In this document: in pieces, positions 28,818 through 37,454 of the stretch
Numbering within the stretch: the stretch's first letter is position 1
How the letters are laid out: each line of letters begins with the position of its first letter
NCBI GenBank assembly: GCA_963802145.1
Contig: CAWDHN010000010.1
Span: 844,230 to 908,229, forward strand
DNA length: 64,000 nt
Source of the DNA: an uncultured Rikenellaceae bacterium
GTDB lineage: Bacteria; Bacteroidota; Bacteroidia; Bacteroidales; VadinHA17
Direction of reading: 5' to 3'
Position numbers and translations under genes: made by a program
The notes under the pieces: model-generated
The model's input: only the letters and a program-made list of their open reading frames with translations
Told to the model about the DNA's origin: nothing
The model's database searches: none

Positions 28818-29171
28818 TTAAGCTTTGGGCTGACCGAACTCGGCGTCGAGGATGGTCTTCACCTGCGGCATAGTCTGGATGCTTGAGGTTGCCTTGACCA
28901 TCTTTCCGTTCTTATAGTACACCGTGTATGGCAATCCCATGAAACCCCTGGTCATAGGTGTGTTGCGGATGACCTGTGCTTCCGGATTGTCAAACTCCAT
29001 GTCGAAGAACTTAACATGACCGTATACCGGCTCAAGCTCTTCCATGATACCGTAGACAGGTATGCACATGGGGCCCATCCTGCCACAGCAGACCATTACA
29101 TTCTCATTTTCGCTGATTAGCTTCTCGAGCTGCGATGCAGTCTCGATGTGATTAAGATTTGTGTATAACAT
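28818..29171 (-). CDS. thioredoxin-fold protein with non-canonical active-site region
   Basis: 117 aa, lying 3 nt downstream of trxB. The Trx-like length and layout are present, but the active-site region reads VCCGRMGPMCIP instead of WCGPC. Confidence 0.55.
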   Translation of the reverse strand: MLYTNLNHIETASQLEKLISENENVMVCCGRMGPMCIPVYGIMEELEPVYGHVKFFDMEFDNPEAQVIRNTPMTRGFMGLPYTVYYKNGKMVKATSSIQTMPQVKTILDAEFGQPKA

Positions 29172-29229
29172 TGCTATTTATTTGATTGATTACTAATTTA
29201 TTAGTCTGTAAGGCAGCAGGCAGTAGAGA

Positions 29230-29352
29230 AATTTGCGATTTGCGATTTGCGATTTGCGACTAAATCGAAAATCTGGAGCTGAGTTATTTGCGATTTGCGA
29301 TTAAATCGACAATCGAAAATCTGGAATCGAAAATTTCCAAGACTTTCAGACT
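29230..29352. repeat. heptanucleotide tandem-repeat element, locus R2: (ATTTGCG)x4, imperfect palindromes with AATCGAAAAT/AATCGACAAT, then GACTTTC AGACTTA
   Basis: Four perfect ATTTGCG units occupy 29231-29258. A second block, atttgcgatttgcgatt-a-aatcgacaatcgaaaat, forms a 14/17 inverted repeat. The element ends at the osmC stop codon. Confidence 0.8.
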
Positions 29353-29768
29353 TATTCCAGTATCCTTACCTCATGCGTCATCTCGATGCCGGCCTTGCGG
29401 TAAACGGCTGATACTCCGCAGAAGCGCTCCATGGAGAGGCTGATCGACTTTTCAATCTTATCCATATCCAGATCCTTTCCCCTGAACTCATATATTACAT
29501 GCATCTTCAGGAATGCATTCGGATGCTCCTCTTCGGTATCGCCCTCAACCAGCACATTGAAATACTCCACCTCCTGCCGCATCTTCCTCATCAGCGATAT
29601 CACATCCATTCCGGTGCATCCGGCAAGGGCTGCCAGCATCAGGGGCTTGGGCCGCGGACCACTGTCATCACCTTTTTCGCCCGCCTGATCCATAAAGAAA
29701 TGGTGCCCGTTAACCTCAGCATCAAATTTCAATCCGCCTTTCCAGGCTGCTTCCATCTTGTGTCTCAT
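29352..29768 (-). CDS. OsmC family peroxiredoxin/hydroperoxide reductase
   Basis: The likely start is MRHKMEAAWKGG (ATG at 29768). It has the OsmC-type Cys region LAALAGCTGMDV and a second Cys in ERFCGV. Confidence 0.8.
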   Translation of the reverse strand: MRHKMEAAWKGGLKFDAEVNGHHFFMDQAGEKGDDSGPRPKPLMLAALAGCTGMDVISLMRKMRQEVEYFNVLVEGDTEEEHPNAFLKMHVIYEFRGKDLDMDKIEKSISLSMERFCGVSAVYRKAGIEMTHEVRILE

Positions 29769-29976
29769 TGGTACCTTTAATTTTCTGCAAAGATACTCTT
29801 CGCAGGCGGGGTTAAAAGGTGATCGGACGCCACATGTGACATGATGAGAGATGAAACAGGACAACTAAAAAACTGTCGCAGGTCAATAAGCTGTTAATAA
29901 TTCTCCGACCTGTAATAAAGTGGTCGGTTGCTCGGCTGTCACTGTTAATTATTAAATTTACCACATATCGGGATCG

Positions 29977-30660
29977 ATGAAAACAATCAGCCATACCGAC
30001 AAGGAATTCATATGCGATATCACCCTGCCCTGTTTCTCGGCACTGACCAGGGAGGAGACGGACCTGATCCGCGACAGCCGTGTACAGGTGGTGTTCCGTC
30101 GCGGCGAGAATATAACCAAGCAGGGGGCGTTTGCATCATATGTAATCTTCATCGTCAGCGGATTCTCGAGGCAGTATATCGAATGCAGCAACGGCCGCGA
30201 CTATAACCTGCGTGTCATCACTCCCGGAGAGATGACAGGATTGTCAGCGGTCTTCAACCGTAACACCTTCAACTACTCTGTTGTGGCTATCACCGAGACT
30301 ACGGGTTTCCTTATCGAGAAGGATGCCATAGCCGGGCTGATAAAGAATAACGGGGCGTTTGCCTTCGGCATCATAAGCCGTTACTGTGAGCACAATGCCA
30401 GGCTCTATACTTCACTTGATCATGTCCTCCACCAGCAGACCAACGGGCGCATGGCGACGGTTCTTCTCAGCCTGGCGCCGGAGAACTTCGGCGGTGAGGA
30501 CCTCTTCAGGCACCTCTCTCGTCGTGAGCTGGCTGATTTTGCAGGCATATCAACAGAGGGTGCGGTGAAGGTCCTGAAAAGCTTTGAGAAGGAAGGGCTG
30601 ATACAACTTTCAGATAAAAGCATAATCCTCCTCGACCGTACACGGCTGGAAGGTAATTAG
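29977..30660 (+). CDS. Crp/Fnr family transcriptional regulator
   Basis: 227 aa. It has a cNMP-binding beta-barrel and a C-terminal HTH (RRELADFAGISTEGAVKVLKSF). It is transcribed divergently from osmC. Confidence 0.85.
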   Translation: MKTISHTDKEFICDITLPCFSALTREETDLIRDSRVQVVFRRGENITKQGAFASYVIFIVSGFSRQYIECSNGRDYNLRVITPGEMTGLSAVFNRNTFNYSVVAITETTGFLIEKDAIAGLIKNNGAFAFGIISRYCEHNARLYTSLDHVLHQQTNGRMATVLLSLAPENFGGEDLFRHLSRRELADFAGISTEGAVKVLKSFEKEGLIQLSDKSIILLDRTRLEGN

Positions 30661-30680
30661 CCGGACAGGGTAGGAATTAT

Positions 30681-30750
30681 ATTTGCGATTGTCGATTTGC
30701 GATTTGCGATTTTCCGACAGACTTTTGGCTTTACAGACTTTAAGGACTCC
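30681..30750. repeat. heptanucleotide tandem-repeat element, locus R3: ATTTGCG ATTGTCG ATTTGCG ATTTGCG ... GACTTTT GGCTTTA CA GACTTTA
   Basis: It has the same unit sequences and order as R1 and R2. It lies between convergent genes and ends at the GH2 stop codon. Confidence 0.75.
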
Positions 30751-33362
30751 TACAGTCTTATCATCTGCCCCGGCAGGTTAACGCCTTCAAGTTGCAGCAG
30801 CAGCGGTGTCTTGCGGTCATCCTCCTTCAGCTTGGTGACATCTACCTGAACACTCCTCTTCTCCCCGGGTAAAAGCACAATATAATTATCGTCGAAGAAG
30901 ACCGGGGTCACCATCTCGCCGTCAGAGGCACGAACTACCTTCATCCGGACAAAGAAAGCCGCCACATTGCCGCTGTTGGCGAGGTCGACGGTATACCTGT
31001 CCTTGTTGCTCTTCATCATCTGCCCCACCACCTTTGCCGGGTCAAGTCCCATCAGAGTCTTCCCATCACCGTTATACGGGAACCAGTAGGTATTATCATC
31101 GATAGGCAACCCGGTTGAGACATAGGTGATGCGAAGCTTAAGAAACTGTATTTTTGCCGGCGCACCACGCAAATCAAGATCCCATACCTTAGTAATGCTG
31201 TTGGGAGGCAGAACGGTCTCCTGCGACCTCTTCCATATCTCTTTGCCCCCCTCATCCGTCAGCACGGCGTCAAAACGGAGTCCCTTACGCTCTTTGGGAG
31301 TGGCATTGACGGCATAGATGGCAGAATCGACCGGATTGAACTGCAGATGGAGCGGAGCAGCACCATGCTTAAACCCGTAATAACCGGCATTCTGGTCGAG
31401 GTACCAGTCGTAGAACTGTCCCTTAAGAGCCGGCCATGGGTTCTGACTCTTCCATACGAGGAACCCGGTGTACCAGTCCCACATGTGAGAGGTATGCCCC
31501 TCAACAAGTGAACGGTACTGATCATAGTTGACCAGCTGCGCCTTCGTCACAAAATCCTTCAGGTCCTCCGGCTCGCCCATTCTCTCTATCATTCCGCCAT
31601 AACCCTGGTACTTGTGGTACTTCCACACCTCGTTAATCTCTTTCCCCGCAGGGACAACAAGGTCCTTCTCATCCATCATCTTCTTCAGCGATTCCATATT
31701 CGGAAGTCCGACCGATCCTATCTCCGGATTGAACGGGTGCCATTTCTCCGTAAAGAACCAGAGTGGCTCACGGACAGTATAAGGACCATCAGCTGTGCCT
31801 CCGATGTTGTTCCTGAGTATCTCCTCCGAGGTAGACTCACTGAAATAGAGCCTTGTACCGTCAAGTTCCTCAAGAGTTTGTCTGATGAGGGTATCCAGCT
31901 CCGGAGGGGGTGGAAATTCGTTTCCGCCACAGAACATATAGAGCGAAGGATGGTTGCGAAGCATCTTCACCTGGTCAGCGACCGATCTTATGAAGAGGGA
32001 GTCGTCATCAGGGTAGAGGCGGCGAACCTCCTGTGACTCGGCCTTCTTCAGGGTATCGGGCCACCTGCCGTTGCAGTCGCCGGTGATCCACAGGTCCTGC
32101 CACACCATGATTCCGTTCCGGTCGCAGGCCTCGTAAAACTCAGGCCTCTCGGTAATAGATCCGCCCCACACTCTTATCATGTTCATGTTCATCTCGGCAT
32201 GCATTCTCACTTCGGCATCATATCTTTCCCGGTCAAGTCGCAGCATGCCGTCGGATGCTATCCAGTTGGCTCCCCTGATGAATATTTTCTGTCCGTTGAT
32301 GGTGAAGATGCGCGCCCCGGTCGAGTCGTCAAAGGAACTTCCTGCCTCCCGGAAGCCAAACATCATGTCCTCGCGGTCGATAGTGTTCCCCTTCTTGTCC
32401 TGGAACGTTATAACAGCGTTATAGAGCGATGGCTGCCCGATGCCGTTGGGCCACCATAACCTGGGGTCATTCTGCTTTTTCTCCGGGAAGGTCACTCTCA
32501 CCGTAGAGTGAGGCTCGATCTTCATCTTCTTCTTATCAGTGTAGCTCATATACTCTAAGACAACCTCACCCTCAACCATCCTGTCAGTGGGATTCTCGAG
32601 CTCTGCAGAGAAGGTCACGAATGCAGGATCCTGCAGTTCACCCGGCAGCCTGGCTCCGGGGACTCGCGTTTTGGCAAAACCGTCCCTGACGTCGATCTCC
32701 CCTGTCACTTCTATCGTAACCGCATCCCAGATACCTGTGTTGCGATCCCTTACAGGTTGTATCCAGTCCCATCCTGCCGTGAACTGCATGGTCACGTCAT
32801 GGCCGATCATACCGTCGCCGCCCTGTCCGCCATTAGGGTTACCCGGATGCAGCGGAGGCTCAACCCTCACTGCCAGTCTGTTGGATCCCTCGCGGTTGAG
32901 CAGCGGGGTGACATTGAACTTCTGGCGGAGGAACATGCCTTCATGGGTCTTTTCGGTGAGGAGATGGCCGTTCAGGTAAATATCAGCCCGGTAGTTGATC
33001 CCCCTGAAGCTGAGCCAAACCTGCTTTGTTGAGTCGAGGCTCTCGGACGTAAACCTCGTAAAGAACCAATATGTGTAGTAATCACGCCCCTCGTCCCAAA
33101 TATCAGGTATCAGTTCATTGTTCATCCCGTACCATGGATCGGGCATCAGCCCGTTATTCACCAGCGTTGTCAGCACTGTGCCCGGCACCGTCGCGTTCAG
33201 CCACCCGCTGAGATCAGGATCCTCCATAGTAAGCTGGCGGCCGTCACTGGTAACATCCGAGGCTTTTTTTGCCCTCCATCCGGTGGTGAGAGGTATCACC
33301 TGCGCTGACGCCATCAGGGTAAAGCATGACAATATGCTGATTACAAGTATCCTTTTCATCAT
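30750..33362 (-). CDS. glycoside hydrolase family 2 (beta-mannosidase / exo-beta-D-glucosaminidase-like), secreted
   Basis: About 870 aa starting at MMKRILVISILSCFTLMASAQ. The GH2 catalytic region is NMIRVWGGSITERPEFYEACDRNGIMVWQD, and a later segment reads FCGGNE. Confidence 0.85.
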   Translation of the reverse strand: MMKRILVISILSCFTLMASAQVIPLTTGWRAKKASDVTSDGRQLTMEDPDLSGWLNATVPGTVLTTLVNNGLMPDPWYGMNNELIPDIWDEGRDYYTYWFFTRFTSESLDSTKQVWLSFRGINYRADIYLNGHLLTEKTHEGMFLRQKFNVTPLLNREGSNRLAVRVEPPLHPGNPNGGQGGDGMIGHDVTMQFTAGWDWIQPVRDRNTGIWDAVTIEVTGEIDVRDGFAKTRVPGARLPGELQDPAFVTFSAELENPTDRMVEGEVVLEYMSYTDKKKMKIEPHSTVRVTFPEKKQNDPRLWWPNGIGQPSLYNAVITFQDKKGNTIDREDMMFGFREAGSSFDDSTGARIFTINGQKIFIRGANWIASDGMLRLDRERYDAEVRMHAEMNMNMIRVWGGSITERPEFYEACDRNGIMVWQDLWITGDCNGRWPDTLKKAESQEVRRLYPDDDSLFIRSVADQVKMLRNHPSLYMFCGGNEFPPPPELDTLIRQTLEELDGTRLYFSESTSEEILRNNIGGTADGPYTVREPLWFFTEKWHPFNPEIGSVGLPNMESLKKMMDEKDLVVPAGKEINEVWKYHKYQGYGGMIERMGEPEDLKDFVTKAQLVNYDQYRSLVEGHTSHMWDWYTGFLVWKSQNPWPALKGQFYDWYLDQNAGYYGFKHGAAPLHLQFNPVDSAIYAVNATPKERKGLRFDAVLTDEGGKEIWKRSQETVLPPNSITKVWDLDLRGAPAKIQFLKLRITYVSTGLPIDDNTYWFPYNGDGKTLMGLDPAKVVGQMMKSNKDRYTVDLANSGNVAAFFVRMKVVRASDGEMVTPVFFDDNYIVLLPGEKRSVQVDVTKLKEDDRKTPLLLQLEGVNLPGQMIRL

Positions 33363-33529
33363 ACGTGTCTCATTCTTTTTCCGGTCTCCATAAAGCACGG
33401 AAAGATATTAAAATATTTCTTACATGAGGCCCCTCCTCAGGTCTTAACGGCAGCTGCCGCAATCGCTCCGGGGGCCGGATAATAATTATTCCCCGATAAT
33501 GCTTTGATTTTAACCGCAGAATAACAAAA

Positions 33530-36493
33530 TTGCAGATTCATTTTATTCTGTCCATGCAGCCCCCCGGCACTAAAAAGAGCGAAGGGCTCTTCGCACTCAT
33601 CCTGACCCAGCACCGACGGTGGGGTACTGTACTGGTTCCATATATGCTTGCGAAAACGCCCGGCCGTGAGTATTATACCATGACGGAGGCGCTGTCGCCT
33701 TTCCCGGACTCGGGAACCCTGTCGGGACTAGACAATGAGGAGAGGGAAGTGGTCAGGCTGGTAAATGAGTACTCAGACCGCAATCTCTTCAAGCTCTTCT
33801 CCAAACACCGCAGTGTCAGGGACTTTATAGACAGTGTCACCGACCGTGAGTTCGAGAAGTACATCAAGCCATACATCGAATCTAGGATCCATCACTGTCT
33901 CCATATATCACTCAATGAGGAGATACCGTTATTCCTCCAGAAGACAAAGATCACCACGCTTCATCCTGAAGACAGGCTGTCTGTAGAAGCGACGGAAGCA
34001 ACACCGGTCTTCAGGTTCGACCGGAGTCCGGGAGGCAGCAGCTATAGCCTCCTCATCGAATCCGCAGGCAGGCCTCTTGATCTCCGGAAGTCGTACATCG
34101 AGATCCTTTCAAACAAGCCGTGCGTAATCAGGGCAGGCCTTATAATACACTTTGTATCAGACATTGAAGGTGCAAAGCTGAAACCCTTCCTCACCCGCGA
34201 GAAGATAAGCATCCCGCGCGACGCTGAGGAGAAGTACTTCGGCACATTCGTTCTGTCAGTCATCAACACCCACAAAGTCACCGGCACGGGATTCACCCTT
34301 GAACAATCTGAACCCGGGAAGAGTGCTTTTCTCACCATTGAAAGAAACCTCTCCGGCGTTCCCTCGGCGATGCTGAAATTCAGGTATGATGAAAGGGATA
34401 TCTTCTACCCCGATGATTTGATGCACTTCACCTCCTTCAGCAATGAGAGGGGTAACTTCATTTTTCGCAGAAAGGAGAGGGATCGGGGCTGGGAGAAGAG
34501 ATGCATGCAGGCACTTGAGGAGGCCGGCCTTTTTACCGAGGATGGCATCAGTTTCATGACCCCCGGTGCCAGGGAAGAGAACGGCAGGGCTATGTATGAC
34601 GTTATTGAGGCCATTGCATATAACAGATCCAGGCTTGAGGATGCAGGTTTCCACATCCGGACAGGCAGCCTTGACAGGCCTTACTCTCTTAATCCTGTGG
34701 AGATCAGGCTCAGTCATCAGCTGATCAACGACTGGTTTGACCTTAAGGCTGTTGTGCAGATTGGCCCCTTCAGCATCCCATTCACCCGGTTCAGACGCAA
34801 CATCATTGAAGGCATGCGTGAGTATACACTGCCTGACGGCACAGTGGCCGTACTGCCGGAAGAGTGGTTTGCACGCTACCGTGGACTCTTCGAGATGGGA
34901 AAGGACAATGATGAGAGCCTTATGCTTCATAAACAGCACTTCGGGATTATCAGTGAAGTGGTCTCTGATGACGATTGCGACATTTGTCAGAAGCTCGGAA
35001 AACTAACGATGCCCGAACAGCTGCCCCTGTTACCTGCGCCGGCAGGATTGAAGGCAGAGCTGCGCCCATATCAGCAGGAAGGATTAAGCTGGCTCTGGTA
35101 CCTGCAGTCAAACAATCTCGGAGGATGTCTCGCTGACGATATGGGCCTCGGCAAGACGCTTCAGACACTGGCCCTCCTGCAATGGAACAAAGAGCAGCGG
35201 TCCGGCAGCAATGTAAGGCAGGCAGGCTCGCAGTTGACAGTTTTCAGAGATGAAAACATCCCGGCAACATCGCTGGTAATCGTTCCCGCTTCGCTCTGCC
35301 ATAACTGGTACAATGAAATCAGGAAATTCTGCCCTGGCATGAGGACCATGATCCATCACGGAGCCGGCAGGCACAGGTCAGCATCACAATTTACCGGCTA
35401 TGACATTATCATTTCAAGCTACCATACAGTAAGGCAGGACATTGAATTCTTCATAACGGTTAATTTCCTCTATGTTGTCCTTGACGAAAGCCAGCACATC
35501 AAAAATCCCTCCTCCAATATCTACAGGGCGGTGATGCGGCTCAGGGCCGATCACAGGATCGTTCTCACCGGAACACCCGTTGAGAACTCCCTCACTGATC
35601 TGTGGACACAGCTCAGCTTCGTTAATCCCGGACTTCTGGGCTCGCTCACATTCTTCCGGCGCGAGTTTGCAAGGCCCATAGAAAAGAACTTTGAAGAGGA
35701 GAAGGAGAACAGGCTGCGGAAGATCATACAGCCCTTCATCATGAGGCGCACAAAGGAGATGGTTGTCACGGAGCTGCCACCTGTGACCGAACAGGTGATC
35801 CACTGCGACATGTCAGAGGGACAGGCTGCCATCTATGAGAGGGAGAAATCGGCTGTGCGCAACAGCATCATGGAGAATATAGAAGCGATCGGCATTGAAA
35901 AATCGGCCATCATGGTGCTTCAGGGACTGATGAGGCTCAGGCAGCTGGCCAATCACCCCATACTGACAGACGAGAATTACACGGGAGGATCAGGTAAGTT
36001 TGATACGGTGACATACAATATTGAGAGTGTGGTGTCTGAAGGGCACAAGATCCTGATCTTCTCATCGTTCGTGAAGCACCTCGATCTTTTCCCCGGCTGG
36101 CTGGAAAGGAACGGTATCGGGTACGCCATGCTTACAGGCTCTACCCGTGAGAGAGAGAGCGTTATCGACCGCTTCAGGAACAACGACAGCATCAAGGTCT
36201 TCCTCATCTCACTCAAGGCGGGAGGTGTGGGGCTCAACCTGACAGAGGCTGATTATGTCTTCATACTCGACCCTTGGTGGAACCCGGCCTCGGAGATACA
36301 GGCCCTGAGCAGGGCTCACCGTATTGGCCAGGAAAAGAGAGTATTTGTCTACCGATACATCTCGGGGGATACGATAGAGGAGAAGATACAGCGCCTGCAG
36401 GAAAGGAAATCGAAACTGGCAGGTTCATTCATCGATTCAAACAATCCCTTCGGCGACCTTGACGTGAAGGAGATGCTTGAAATACTCGACTGA
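33530..36493 (+). CDS. SNF2-family DEAD/DEAH-box helicase with ~500 aa uncharacterised N-terminal region
   Basis: Helicase motifs are DDMGLGKT (I), DESQHIKN (II) and the C-terminal helicase domain QALSRAHRIGQ. The start is uncertain (TTG 33530 or ATG 33554). Confidence 0.85.
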   Translation: MQIHFILSMQPPGTKKSEGLFALILTQHRRWGTVLVPYMLAKTPGREYYTMTEALSPFPDSGTLSGLDNEEREVVRLVNEYSDRNLFKLFSKHRSVRDFIDSVTDREFEKYIKPYIESRIHHCLHISLNEEIPLFLQKTKITTLHPEDRLSVEATEATPVFRFDRSPGGSSYSLLIESAGRPLDLRKSYIEILSNKPCVIRAGLIIHFVSDIEGAKLKPFLTREKISIPRDAEEKYFGTFVLSVINTHKVTGTGFTLEQSEPGKSAFLTIERNLSGVPSAMLKFRYDERDIFYPDDLMHFTSFSNERGNFIFRRKERDRGWEKRCMQALEEAGLFTEDGISFMTPGAREENGRAMYDVIEAIAYNRSRLEDAGFHIRTGSLDRPYSLNPVEIRLSHQLINDWFDLKAVVQIGPFSIPFTRFRRNIIEGMREYTLPDGTVAVLPEEWFARYRGLFEMGKDNDESLMLHKQHFGIISEVVSDDDCDICQKLGKLTMPEQLPLLPAPAGLKAELRPYQQEGLSWLWYLQSNNLGGCLADDMGLGKTLQTLALLQWNKEQRSGSNVRQAGSQLTVFRDENIPATSLVIVPASLCHNWYNEIRKFCPGMRTMIHHGAGRHRSASQFTGYDIIISSYHTVRQDIEFFITVNFLYVVLDESQHIKNPSSNIYRAVMRLRADHRIVLTGTPVENSLTDLWTQLSFVNPGLLGSLTFFRREFARPIEKNFEEEKENRLRKIIQPFIMRRTKEMVVTELPPVTEQVIHCDMSEGQAAIYEREKSAVRNSIMENIEAIGIEKSAIMVLQGLMRLRQLANHPILTDENYTGGSGKFDTVTYNIESVVSEGHKILIFSSFVKHLDLFPGWLERNGIGYAMLTGSTRERESVIDRFRNNDSIKVFLISLKAGGVGLNLTEADYVFILDPWWNPASEIQALSRAHRIGQEKRVFVYRYISGDTIEEKIQRLQERKSKLAGSFIDSNNPFGDLDVKEMLEILD

Positions 36494-36548
36494 TTTTTTT
36501 ATTAGCTTTGTCCTGTCTTAAGTCAATATCATCCTATAACTCGCTGCA

Positions 36549-37439
36549 ATGAACAATTTTCAAAATCATCCCCTTGCCGGTGCTACAGACCTTGACAGCG
36601 CCATGGCAAAACTATGGTTCTTCTATAAAAAGTATTTCATCGGGTTGTACCTGATCTCAGTTGTCCTGGCATTGATCTCATCCCTGATAACCTCAGGCCT
36701 GGATCTTTCAGCGATGCAGGCGACCACCGATCCGGCAGAGCTGCTGGAGATGATGAAAGGCATGGCCGGGCCGTATGCGCTGATGATGCTGGTGTCACTC
36801 GTGTTTGGTGTTCTGCTTCATGCATGGGTGCTTGAGAAGCCAGTGGGCGGGCCGGATTTTCTCCCCTCCTTCCTGAAAAAGAGCCTCGTGGCATTGATCC
36901 CCTGCATGGTGGTGATGGTTGTCTTTTCAATCATTGCCGTGGTTCTTACGACGGTTGGACTTATACTGCTGGTTCTGCCTGCATTCTTTGCAATATTCTA
37001 TATAGCCACGGTAATGATCTTTGCCCTGCCGCTCACACTTGTCGAGAGCCGCAATCCTGTAACGGTGGTGACACGGTCGTTCCGCCTGGCCCACCTTCAC
37101 CTGTGGCCGAATATGGGTTGGGTGGTCGTGATCATGCTTATTATTGTCGTCGCTTCACTGGTGCTGGGAGCCATTACCATGCTGCCGTTCACAGGGTCAT
37201 TCATCAGATCTATTGCTAATCCTGAAGAAGCCGGCACCATGCTTGAAATGAGCCGTAATCCGGTTTACATAGGACTTGGTTCACTGCTGACCTCGCTGGT
37301 GACACCGGTCTTGCCGATCCTGGCCTTTATTCTCTATTTCAGGAACAGGGGAGATGAGGTCATCGCAGAAATGACAACAGAAGGTGAACCGGCGGTGACC
37401 GTCGAGGATCTCTACCCGCGCATGCCCGACAGGGAATAA
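36549..37439 (+). CDS. hypothetical polytopic membrane protein
   Basis: 296 aa with about 6 TM helices. I recognised no family. Confidence 0.55.
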   Translation: MNNFQNHPLAGATDLDSAMAKLWFFYKKYFIGLYLISVVLALISSLITSGLDLSAMQATTDPAELLEMMKGMAGPYALMMLVSLVFGVLLHAWVLEKPVGGPDFLPSFLKKSLVALIPCMVVMVVFSIIAVVLTTVGLILLVLPAFFAIFYIATVMIFALPLTLVESRNPVTVVTRSFRLAHLHLWPNMGWVVVIMLIIVVASLVLGAITMLPFTGSFIRSIANPEEAGTMLEMSRNPVYIGLGSLLTSLVTPVLPILAFILYFRNRGDEVIAEMTTEGEPAVTVEDLYPRMPDRE

Positions 37440-37454
37440 TCAGGCGCAATGATA

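Noticed and set aside
29231-29258. Possible CRISPR array or minisatellite-encoded peptide at the ATTTGCG repeats
   Set aside because: The units are 7 nt with no spacers and there are no cas genes. This is not CRISPR-like. It is reported instead as a heptanucleotide tandem-repeat family.
33530-37439. SNF2 helicase plus adjacent membrane protein as a possible phage-defence module
   Set aside because: There is no methyltransferase, nuclease, phospholipase D, kinase or other defence partner nearby. The long N-terminal region and the gene context look like the conserved housekeeping SNF2/RapA-like helicase of Bacteroidota.
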